DNA of 64,000 nucleotides from Mobula hypostoma (Eukaryota): positions 29,636,001-29,700,000 of the forward strand of contig NC_086111.1 of NCBI RefSeq assembly GCF_963921235.1, read 5' to 3'. The notes beneath the pieces are model-generated. The model saw only the letters and a list, made by a program, of their open reading frames with translations. It was not told the origin of the DNA and did no database searches. A program made the position numbers and the translations under genes. This document shows, piece after piece, positions 53,401-64,000 of this stretch (position 1 is its first letter; every line of letters begins with the position of its first letter).

Positions 53401-54153
53401 TCAAACTCAAGCTTCTGAAAATATCTGAACTTTTAATGCATTCCAACACAGTAAACTGAGTGGCAAGATAAATAAAAGACACTTGGATTTTCTTTTAGCT
53501 TATACTCCAGGGATTTAGCCAGTGATATTTTGCATGATAACACTATCAACCATGATAAATTACTAAAGGAATAGTGTCCCTCCCCCCTGCCCTCCCCCCC
53601 CCCACACACAGTTTAAACTGGACATGTCTTTAGGATGTTGATCTGTTCACTACCCTTTCATATTCCAAGTACATTTTAATTACTCTTGAAGAGATCATTT
53701 CTTTTCAATTCGAAAATGATTAGCTGCTAAAATAGGTTAAGTCCTTAGCCAGCGGCACAATCATATTACATTTATAAACATTGAGATTCACAGATTTATA
53801 TCTTTATTTACCGTACACCCAAATTCATTTTCTGAATTGTCAAATATGCATAAAGTTCAAATGTTGTTTATTTTTATCAGTCCCAGTTCTCTAAATTTTC
53901 CTTTTGATATTTAATCTTTCCAGATAAAGAATACAAGATTTTTGAAGTCACTTGTACTGACTCTATAGCTTGAATATTGAAAGGGTCATGAAAGCAGATT
54001 CAATAGTTATTTCAAGGGAGAATTGAGATGAATTGAAACCTCTGTCACAAGCAAACAAAACTACAAAAAAATTCACATGAACCCAATCTGAACTACAAGA
54101 TCAAAGTTGCTGGTGAACACAGCAGGCCAGGCAGCATCTCTAGGAAGAGGTAC

Positions 54154-54189
54154 AGTCGACATTTCAGGCCGAGACCCTTCGTCAGGACT
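54154..54189 (-). ncRNA. Minimal hammerhead ribozyme motif
   Basis: AGTC-CTGACGA-AGGGTCTCGGCCT-GAAA-TGTC-GACT. Confidence 0.62.
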
Positions 54190-54236
54190 AACTGAAGGAA
54201 GAGTTAGTAAGCCTCTTACCAACTCTTCTTTCAGTT

Positions 54237-54272
54237 AGTCCTGACGAAGGGTCTCGGTCTGAAACGTCGACT
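54237..54272 (+). ncRNA. Minimal hammerhead ribozyme motif
   Basis: AGTC-CTGACGA-AGGGTCTCGGTCT-GAAA-CGTC-GACT; intact core, GUC cleavage triplet, ACGT palindrome. Confidence 0.72.
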
Positions 54273-54619
54273 GTACCTCTTCCTAGAGATGCTGCCTGGC
54301 CTGCTGCGTTCACCAGCAACTTTGATGTGTGTTGCTTGAATTTCCAGCATCTGCAGAATTCCTGTTGTCTGAACTACAAGAGACCATTTCTTTATCCAGA
54401 TAAATGACAGAAAATACAAAATATAAAGGAAGGGAAAGTAACCCATCAGTTCCACGCTTCGACATATTACATGCTATTGGAATGAACTTCAATCTTTAAT
54501 TGAGAAAGCTGATCTCAGTTGATGAGGTGGAAACCAAAATCAATTAAAGTAACTAAGAGTAAAATTTTAAAACATGCAGAACTTCCACTGAAATGTGGTC
54601 TACGTCCCTGCCTCTGGAT

Positions 54620-55072
54620 GTACATTTAATGGTCACTTTATTTGATGCACATGCTCATTAAAAGCATGCAGACATGGTCAAGAAGTTCAGTTGTTGTCAG
54701 ACCAAACATCAAAATGGGGAAGAAATGTCATCTAAGTGACATTGACTATGGAGTAATTGTTGGTGCCAGACAGGGTGGGTTGAGTATCTTAGAAACTAAT
54801 TTCTTGGGATCTTCTGTGATCAGTGAGCGGCAGTTCTGTGGATATAAGCACCTTGTTAATATGAGAGGTTGGGGAGAATGACCAGACTAATTCAAGCTGA
54901 CAAAAATATGTCAGTATCTCAAATAACCATGCATTCCAACAGTGCTGTGCAGAAGGGCATCAATGGATGCCCCACGCATCAAACCTTGAAGTGGATAGGC
55001 TGCACCAGCAGATCAACTCAGCGGCCACTTTATTAAGTACAGGAGGTACATAATAAAGTGACCTGAGTGCAG
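54620..55072 (+). mobile_element. Non-autonomous Tc1-like element with transposase N-terminal remnant
   Basis: MGKKCHLSDIDYGVIVGARQGGLSILET (Tc1 HTH start); GGCCACTTTATT / AATAAAGTGAC terminal motifs. Confidence 0.7.
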
Positions 55073-55699
55073 GTAGGTTGACTACCAAGTGAAGATATAA
55101 TTACCTAGTTTCTTTGTACTCAACGTGCAACTTCTAACATTTCTTATTGTCACAGAGAAAACTCACCCACTAATGACTGCTTGAGAAAATTAGCAGAGAG
55201 CTGCACAATCATATCCTGACTTAAAACACTACCTTGAGCAATGGATATAAAGAATCAAATTCAGATGTGGATAACATGCTTCTAATTTAAAAGAAATGTT
55301 TCAAAATATTTTTCAAATGAGACTAGTTGGCATTATGGAGATTGAGAGATTAAGATCATTTGATTTAATACGTACTGTAATTCTCTTTTTTTTCTCTATT
55401 ATGTATTGCATTATACTGCTGCTGCAAAGACAACAAATTTCATGACAAACTGTATGCTGATTTAAGCAAAATTCTGACTGTCTATCCATTAGATTCCGGA
55501 CATACAGTAATTGTGTTGCTCATCTTGGTGACCATGGAACTAGAAATGTACGTAATAAATAACAGCTCCATGTGACCACTAAGAAAAATCATACCTTTTG
55601 ACACAGCTTTTGTTTTTTTCTCTCTCCCCTCCTCCCATTTTCCTTAATAAAGGAAATCTGGTTTTGTTCTTGGCACATCAACCAGATAAACAACTACAT

Positions 55700-55940
55700 T
55701 TTAACCTAACAGCCTCAGGAGTTCATAATGCAATTCGTACAATAGTTTGAGTGCTCCGGTTTCTTCCCAAAGTCCAAAGATGTACCCGTTGGTAGGTTAA
55801 TTGGTCATTGTAAATTGTCCCATGATTAGGCTAGGATTAAATTGGGGAAATGCTGGGCAGCACAACTCGAAGAGCCAGAAGTGCTTACTCTGTGTTGTAT
55901 CACAATAAATAAATAAATATATATATACATACATACATAA
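55700..55940 (+). mobile_element. V-SINE/HE1-like SINE fragment
   Basis: GTGCTCCGGTTTCTTCCCAAAGTCCAAAGA V-domain; (AAAT)n and (TACA)n tail. Confidence 0.6.
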
Positions 55941-57011
55941 ATAATTTCACATAAGGAGCAGAAAGACTATTTAGGCCATTGAGCCTGCTCTACCATTCGT
56001 GGTCTATGACTTAACATAACACACTCTCCTCTAATTGATAACCCTTAATGATTTTCAATTCGCAATTTAAAATTAAAACTGCTTCAAAAAGTTCTGAACT
56101 TCCCATGAAGGGTGTTTTGTAAATTCATACCTGAAGTGGCTACTCCCAAATTTCCCAGAGGAAATAGTTTCTATCTTCCTTATTTCCCTTAATATATTCA
56201 AAAAGCCTTGGCCAAATTCATGAATTGGAAGTCTCATTTTGGTAATTACCTTTACCAACTTTTAGAAAGTCACAGCAAGAACATGTCTGCAACCAACGAT
56301 GGGCTTGATTTACATTGTAAAAAGCTGCCCCAAGCACATCGGAACACACTGCTTTTTCTAACATGTGGTAGTATATTTATAATTAAGTATTTTAAAAAAT
56401 CAACAAGTTTATTTAGCTTTTGTTACATCTCATCTAATTTCAGCATTTACGCAATTCAACACTCTACTGGAGCTATGAGGACTTTGGTATAACTCCCACA
56501 GAAGTCTCAACTCCTCTTAGCATTTGCTAATCACACCCTCAAGCCCCTGCTGTCTTCTTACTTTGGATACATCATGTCTCTTTACTGAATTGATTACATC
56601 CTTAATCACCAAGGCAACACCTCCCACATGTTCTCAATTTCCTTGCTAAATCCTTAACATCCGAGCTACAAATGGAACCAGTTTTCTGCAGTTCACTGCA
56701 CCTGTTAACCAACTTCTATTTCAAACATTGAAAAAGTTCATTTTAAACATTGTTACATTCTCTGTCTGTTAGGCAAAGCAGTCTAAATAGCTATAATTGA
56801 TCACAGAATATTGATTTTCATGTGATGATTGTTTGGAAGAAATTCTGGGTAGAACTTATGTTCTCTAATTCCATTACTATTTGAGTGAAGGTTTAAGACA
56901 AATGAGATTTAAATAATCAATTTCATAACTACATCTAGTAATCAATATTAAATAAGAATGCTTAAAGTGATTCTTATACAAATTAAAATAGTTCAAAGTA
57001 TTAAAACTCAC

Positions 57012-57402
57012 CTCTGTAATGTCAGGATTCGGGTTAAATCCACACTGTTTGCATACTACTGATCGACACTGAGTACAAGTATTGAAGTTTGGCTGATTTG
57101 GAGAAGAGTTCAGCTCTGTAGTTGCACATACTGGACACAGAGTACTGCTAGGCAGTGGAGCTATCTGTGGTACTGAATAAGGGGAGGTTGGAGCACTTCC
57201 TCTATCTGGGGATGCAGAATGGGATCTTTCTGTTCTTTTCATATTTGGGTCAACCTGAAGAGTCCTTATCTGTTCTTGTTGTAGTAGAGATTGTGTAGAA
57301 AGACCTTGATTTTGCATTCTTCGAGCACTTTCATTGTTGGGAATACTCTGCTGGAGGGTTTCAATTTTCCCATCAAGCTGACCAAGCTGACGTGGTCTTG
57401 CA
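57012..57402 (-). CDS. BSN: Bassoon presynaptic cytomatrix protein, coding exon (equivalent to mammalian exon 2); N-terminal half of zinc finger 1
   Basis: Translation ...RTLQVD...[67 protein letters not shown] closely matches recalled Bassoon ([29 protein letters not shown]). Acceptor TTTTATAG|T at 57402, donor GAG|GTGAG at 57012; 391 nt, ends in phase 0. Confidence 0.93.
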
Positions 57403-58109
57403 CTATAAAAAATGTAAGTCAAGTTTCAATCCAGTTATCATAATTGGTGAAGCCATAAGCAATTCAACAATAAAAAAAAATCTCCAACTTTGAGTGCCTG
57501 CCACCAGTGCCGGTATGCAGGTACAGCACAGATAATACCTGAAAACTGATTCAATGTATTTACGCCAATTGATCCAATTTTACTGCCTGCTTTGTGGTGG
57601 TTCATTTGAACTGAATAAAAATATCAACCTTAACTACTGATACTTCAGAGTCAAAAATAATTCAAGATCAAAAGTAAATTGATTACCTAGATGTTTTACA
57701 AACACTTGCATTATTGTGATATTGGCCTGGATATGCAGTTGTAATAGGACAGGTTAGTCATCACCATAAAGAAACTTTGTATGTAAAATAAGATGTGCAG
57801 TTAAATGGAAAAATTATGACAGTTATTAATAGAATTTTTTGCTTCTACGCAGAAAGTAGTATTGTATCTTTCTGCAGTATAATTTTCAGAAATCAATTTT
57901 CTGACAAAAAATTCAGAAAGTTACAAATTAATCTTAAAAATTATAAATACTTTCTAAATGGCACACTAAACCTTAAAAACCATTTAGCAACTCCTTTAAC
58001 TCTAAAAAAGTCAATTCACACCAATTCCAAAATATAAATTAAAATAATTTGGATTTTGCATTCAACTGGGTATTTATATCAATTTTTCCCATTTTGCACA
58101 CTAAAATGT

Positions 58110-58785
58110 TTGAAGTGTTTGGGACCTCCTTTACATTGGTGGGACACAATATAGATTGGGGGACTGTTTTGTCAAGCACCTTTTCTCCATTCAAAACAAG
58201 TAGGATTTCCTAGTGGCCAACCTTTTAAATTTCTATCCCCATTCCTGTTTTGACATGTCAGTCCTTTTCTGCCATGATGAGGCCTCTCGCAGGTTGGAGG
58301 TGCAACACCTCATATTCTGTCTAGGTAGCCTCCAACCTGATGGCATGAACACCGATTTCCCCAACTTCTGGTAATTTTTCTCTTCCTCTTTCCTCTCCAT
58401 TTTCCCCACTATGGCTTCTCAACTCTTCTCCTTGCTGACCTATCACCTCTCTCTGGTGACCCCCCCCCTTCCCTTTCTCCAACGACCCACTCTCCTCTCC
58501 TATCAGATTCCTTCTTCTCCAGCTCTTTGCTTTTTCCACTTAACACCTCCCAGCATCTTACTTTATCCCCCTCCCCCACGCACCTGGCTTCACCTATCAC
58601 TACTAACTTGTCCTCCTCCCCCTCACTTTCCTATTCTGGCAACTTCCCCTTCCTTTCCAGTCCTGATGAAGGGTCTTGGCGGAAAACATCGACTATTTCC
58701 ATAGATGTTGCCTGACCTATTGAGTTCCTCCAGCAATTTGAGAGAGTTGCTCTGGATTTCCAGCATCTGCATGATCTCTTGTTTA
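58110..58785 (+). mobile_element. Older Penelope 3' fragment
   Basis: LYIGGT, RLEVQHLIFCLGSLQPDGMN, CT-rich tail, degenerate hammerhead near 58659. Confidence 0.8.
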
Positions 58786-59394
58786 TTACCTACAAAGGAG
58801 TGACTTTGCTTTAAAGAGATGATTAAAGTCTATCTCCTCAAGCTAGAGAATGTAGAACATGGGTCATTGGCAGAAATCCATACATTTTGTGATACTCCAT
58901 AATAGAAAATATTTCTTGCATTCAACCTCATAATACAAGAGGAAATGCACTCTCACAGGAAGCTTTCCTCTCAACAGCATTGTCCCTGCACATGCACAGT
59001 CTGTAGACAAGGGAATTCTAATTGTTCCATTGGCAGAAGAGAAAGGGTTGTAGTCTTAATTACCTAGAAATGAATGTTGCATCATTATGCAAGTATCAAT
59101 AGAAGAGATCGCCATGTTCATTTCCAAAGCAAATAAAGTGGCCTTACCCATTCAAAACCTGGCTGGAAATGCAGACATGTTTGTGCTTTTGTGTTGTAGT
59201 TCAGTTCTCTGCATCAAGGAGCACTTAAAGTAATTTCTGTCAGAGTAACTTTTTATTGTGTCTCATATTTCAATATTGATTTGTGAATTCCAAAGAGGCA
59301 AATTTCCAATGCTCTATCTGCCATAACAGGGGGTAAATTCTGCAGCTGCATTTTCAACTATATTTTTCTTTTATATTTCCAGTAAGTCCTTTAC

Positions 59395-60735
59395 TCTTTG
59401 ACTGCTCTGCTACAGTCAGAGGTTTCCACCTGCTTCAAAAGGGCAACAATCATACCAGTGCCCAAAAGAGCAGGGTGAACAGCCTCAATGAGTATCACAG
59501 AGTGGCATTCACATCTGCTGAGAGGTTGGTCAGTGCTAGAATCAACTCCTGCCCAAGCAAGGATCTGCATCTGCTGCAATTTGCCCGTCACCACAATAGG
59601 TCTACAGTGGATGCAATCTCACTGGCTCTCCTCTCAGCCTTGGATTACTTGGACAATAGCAATACATATGCAAGGTTGTTGTTCATTGACTACAACTCAG
59701 CGATCAACACAATAATATCCTCAGTTCAAATCAACAAGCCCCAACCTGAGCCTCAGTATCTTTCTCTGCAACTTGATCTTTGACTTCCTCACCAGGAGAC
59801 CACAGTTTGTGCAGATTGGAACCAACATCTCCTCGCTGACAATCAACAATGTCGCACCTCAAGGATGCATGCTTAGCCCACTGCTCTACACCCATGATTG
59901 TGTAGCTAGGCACAGCTCAAATTCCATCTATAAATTTGCGAATGATATAACTATTGCTGGCAGAATTTCAGATGGGGATGAGGAGTACAGGAGTGAGATA
60001 AATCAGCTAGTTGCAACAGCCTTGCATTCAACGTCAGCAAGACCAAGTAACTGAAGTAGACTTCAAGAAGGAGAAGTTGAGAGAACACACACCAGTCCTC
60101 ATCGAGGAATCAGAAGTGGAAAGGGTGAGCAGTTTCAATTTCCTGGGTGTCAACATCTTTGAGGATCTATCCTGGGCCCAACATATTGATGGAATTATAA
60201 AAAAGGCATGATAGCGGCAGTACATCATTAGCAGTTTGAGGAGAATTGGTATGTCACCAAAGACACTCACAAATTTCTACAGTTGTACCTCGGAGAGAAC
60301 TCTAACTAGTTCCATCACCATCTAATATAGAGGGGTCACTGAACAAGATTGGGAAAAGCTGCATAAAATTGTAAACTATGCCAGCTCCATCATGAGCACT
60401 AGCATCCCATGCATCCAGGGGACCTTCCAAAGGCTGTGCCTCCTAAAGGCTATCCATCATTAAGGACCCCCAACACGCAGGACATTTCTTCTTCTCATTG
60501 CTACCATCAAGGAGGTACAGGAGCCTGAAGACACACACCCAACTTTTCAGAAACAGCTTTTTCCTGTCTGCCATCAGATTTCTGAATGGACAATGAACCC
60601 ATGAAATATCTTTTGCCTCATTTCCTCTCTTTTTGCACTAGTTAATTTTCTTTTTATATTCTTGTTATAATTCATAGATTTCATTGCTATGTATTGCTGC
60701 TGCAAAACAAATTTCATGACAGATGCCAGTGATAT
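59395..60735 (+). mobile_element. Rex1/Babar-type LINE, RT to 3' end, decayed
   Basis: NRSTVDAI, YARLLFIDYNSA, APQGCMLSPLLY, KFAND. Confidence 0.85.
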
Positions 60736-61281
60736 TAAACCCCATTCTGAATTTTGCTCTTTCATTTACATTTATGTTATTAATGCTTTAAAAGACCTGG
60801 AAGACCTTGACATTGATTGCACAAGTACTTGGCAGCTGTAGTCCAAGAGAATAATATCTATTTTCTTACACAGGAAAACCCAATGGTGTAAAAATAAGAC
60901 TCACATACACACATTTCTGTGTAGAACTCTGCATGTCATCAATCTGATTGTTTTCCTGAGCTACAGCTTAACCAGATCTCTACAATGATGTCTATTTTCT
61001 CATGGAATTGGTATGGTCTTTCATTGATTCTATTATGGTTATTATTCTACTGTGGATTTATTGAGTATGCATGCAATAAAATGAATCTCAGGGTTATACA
61101 TAGCGACATATGTACTTTGATAATAAATTCACTTTCAACTTTGAAATGTACTGAATTGCATTCTTATATCAGAATCTGATCATTCTATTTTGTTTTTAAT
61201 ACTGTTGTAAATAACTGCATCACAAAAGCACAACCACGTCTGCATTTCCAAACAGATTTCAAACAAGGATAATGCTCTTAC

Positions 61282-61412
61282 ACAAACTAGAGAAAATCTG
61301 CAGATGCTAGGAATCCTAGCAACACATAAAATGCTGGTGGAACTCAGCAGACCAGGCAGCATCTATGGAAAAGAATCCAGCTGATGTTTCGCGCTGAGAC
61401 CCTTCATCATGA
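61282..61412 (-). mobile_element. Penelope tail fragment with degenerate hammerhead
   Basis: GAAAATCTGCAGATGCT...GAGACCCTTCATCA. Confidence 0.7.
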
Positions 61413-62564
61413 TCTGCAGATTATAAAAACTAATAGCACTTTCTTGCAGTTCTTCAATACTCTGAATTTATCTCTTATCCTTACCTCCATACTTAAGCTA
61501 TTATATTCATCCTCTTCAAAAACTCACACAATCCATTTCCCTGCTTGCTCTTAAGCATCCCCTTGCATAATTCTGATCATTCTCATTCTGTGATTCCCAG
61601 ATTGCAAAAGAATTGGAATTTTTCTCCCCACAAAGCTATTCAGAAGTTGAAAATAATGCTCAAATTGTCCTCACACCATTCACTGTTTGTTCAAGAAAAG
61701 CCTTGATTGTCAAGCCTTTCTCAATTATATAATCCATATCAGTATAATTTCTTTATTGATTTATCACAAAATATTCCTTAGTATTGGTGATGAACCAATT
61801 TTTACCTTCTGTCTGGATGACCAATATGTACTAGAACTTCCCATATACACCTGCTTTCTTTGCTAGTTTGCCATGAACCTTTCTGTGAAATTAAAGAAGT
61901 TTTTGTCCAAATTATGAACAGAAATCAAATCACAATGGAGAGCATTAACAATGCTAGCAATACAGAGAAAAAAAAATCACCATTTACTTTAAGTATAAGC
62001 CAATCTATTGCTTTCAAATCCCTGTATCTTAGCTCCCTGCTTTGGTACGTAACATCTACTAAAGCAAAAAATTAACTAGTTCTCTTCACCCTTTTCATGA
62101 GAAAATCCTAAAAAAAAATAGAATAATTTAAGCATTGCTGCTGTGTTGAGGGAGCTCAATTTCTGTGTAGGAATAACAAGGTTAAAACAGTAAGTGATTT
62201 TAAAATCCCTATTATGACTAGGACTACCAAATTACTGTAGATGGAACATAAGATAAGTATATCCAGGAAAGTTTTCTGAAATAGTATTGTAAAGACCCTA
62301 CTATTCAATCTCCTTTTAGGACATGAGGTTGGACAACTGGTTGCTGCATCAGTGGGAGAATACTTTGGAACCAGTTACCAGAATGTTGTTAGTTTCAAGA
62401 TACAATATTCAGCCACCTACCTTTGTTCACATAAATAAGTATTACAACCAGGGATTTTGATCAATTTAACAGAGTATTTTGATTTGTGAATCACCTGCTG
62501 ATGTTTTCACAGTAGAGCCCCCCAAAAAGGGAAAATTGTTAAGCAAGAGAGACTAAAAATTCAA

Positions 62565-62965
62565 AAACTGAAATGTCAACAGTTCAAAAGTATTCATCCC
62601 CCTTTGTTCAGTACTTAGTTGAACCACCTCTCACTGCTATTACAGTATTACAGCCAGTAATCTTTTTGCACAAGTCTCTATTAGCTTTGCACAATATGAT
62701 GGAGTGAGATTTGTTAGGACTGCAACTGGAGATGAAGTTCATGACTCTACAATCTCTAAGGCCTTGCATAAAAGGGGTATTTATGGAAGAGTGGCAAGGA
62801 AGAAGCTGTAAAGATAAAGAAGGCGGCATTGAGGTTGGATGAGACTAAAGTGGAACTTTTTCGAGTAGATCTAATACTGCATATCAGCCAGGTAACACCA
62901 TGCCTACTGCAAAGTATGGTGGAGGTAGCACCATGCTGTGAGAATGTTAAAACAAGGCCAGGAGA
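62565..62965 (+). mobile_element. Internally deleted Tc1-like transposon fragment
   Basis: DETKVELF and PTAKYGGGSTML transposase motifs; AAAAGTATTCATCCCC DR-like motif. Confidence 0.65.
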
Positions 62966-62969
62966 AGCC

Positions 62970-63650
62970 TGGTAAATGTCAGATCCTTGGGAAATGTTGT
63001 TGAATAATGGGGTACAGAAAGACATAATTCTCCAAAAGTGGGAACACAGGTGGTGAGTTGATGAGGAAGGCATTTGGCTTGCTTGCTTCATAGGCCAAAG
63101 CAGGAAGTGTAACAGCAGAATGTTGTACAAACAATTGAATAGGCCACACTTGGAGTACTGTGTGCTGTTCTGGTCTCTACAGTTTGGAAAAGATGTGATG
63201 AAGCTTGAAGGGGTGCAGGAAAGAATTAACAATGTTACCTGAATTGGAGTGCTTGAGTTTTCAGATCAGCTGGGTATGTTTTCCCCGAAGGGAAGGATGT
63301 TGAGAGCTGACATGATAGGGATGTTTATAATTATGAGAGGCAGAGCCAGTACCTGATTCCAATGCTAGAGGTGGCTAAAATTACAGGGCAGTGGTTTAAA
63401 GTGAGAAGTGAAGCTTTTGGCATTAAAGGAGATCTCAGGGATAATTTTTTTCCCCACATAAAAATTTGTTGGTATTTGAAATCAGGTGCCAGAGGACAGA
63501 ATGGAGGAAGTAATAGTAACAGATCTTGGGGGCATCTTGACCGTGTCAATGATATGGAATTAATGCAGGTGGGATTTGTCCAGATAACCATGCTGATCAA
63601 CATGGACACAGTGAGCTAAAGAGCCTGTTTATATGCTGTATGGGGTTTTG
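62970..63650 (+). mobile_element. Degenerate CR1 3' fragment
   Basis: LYKQLNRPHLEYCVLFWS motif; CR1 tail. Confidence 0.7.
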
Positions 63651-63664
63651 ACATTTTCTAAATG

Positions 63665-64000
63665 TTCTACAGCTTTGAGAGGCTGGTCATGACTAGACTG
63701 AACTCCTGCCTCAGCAACGAGCTGGACCCATTGCAGTTTGCCTATTGTCACAATAGGTCAACTGCAGACACAATCTCTATGGCTCTTCACACAGCTTTAG
63801 ACCACCTAGACAACACAAGCACCTACGTCAGGATTCTGATCATCGACTATAGCCCAGCATTTAATACCATGATTCCCACAATCCCGATTGAGAAGTTGCA
63901 GAACCTGGGTCTCTGTACCTCCCTCTGTAACTGGATCCTCGACTTCCTAACTGGAAGACCACAGTCTGTGCAGATTGGTGATAACATATCCTCTTCGCTG
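63665..64000 (+). mobile_element. Rex1/Babar-type LINE RT fragment running off the window
   Basis: FERLVM...[14 protein letters not shown]...[15 protein letters not shown]...[13 protein letters not shown]. Confidence 0.85.

Larger units (their letters stand above)
54101..54367. mobile_element. 267-bp fold-back Penelope-derived insert
   Basis: Arms 54101-54211 and 54215-54325 are near-perfect reverse complements with a 3-nt loop; exact 14-bp TSD TCTGAACTACAAGA (54087-54100, 54368-54381). Confidence 0.92.
18755..57011 (-). other. BSN: BSN intron (38,257 bp, phase 0) splitting zinc finger 1
   Basis: GT...AG boundaries; the joined exons give the continuous [11 protein letters not shown]|VEEWLCLNC. 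Confidence 0.88.

Noticed and set aside
17876-57402. Piccolo (PCLO) as gene identity
   Set aside because: [25 protein letters not shown] and MQRALGMDMTTAPRSKS are Bassoon-type, and Piccolo's PAQQP repeats are absent.
1-64000. CRISPR array or prokaryotic defence system
   Set aside because: Spliced vertebrate locus; the recurrent short repeats are dispersed TE tails, not regularly spaced arrays.

Overview
Vertebrate genomic DNA, most likely a cartilaginous fish (ray/shark). This is inferred from the repeat families: HE1/V-SINE-like SINEs, hammerhead-bearing Penelope tails, CR1 and Rex1/Babar LINEs. The only host gene is Bassoon (BSN) on the minus strand, with two coding exons (57012-57402 and 17876-18754) encoding zinc finger 1, the linker and the first half of zinc finger 2, separated by a 38.3-kb intron. 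The rest is intronic and dense in transposable elements. Notable items: (i) a decayed, apparently pol-less endogenous retrovirus (38299-43192) with an ERV-L/Fv1-type gag and a gamma-type (CX6CC) env; (ii) a Tc1 right end very close to the salmonid Sleeping Beauty IR/DR, suggesting horizontal transfer; (iii) Penelope-like elements with minimal hammerhead ribozymes, including a 267-bp fold-back insert with a ribozyme on each strand; (iv) a nested CR1>Gypsy>Penelope>solo-LTR stack; (v) a phase-0/phase-0, stop-free BSN exon whose skipping or back-splicing would rebuild a chimeric zinc finger. There is one assembly gap (34420-34548). Comparisons to reference sequences are from memory, not database searches.
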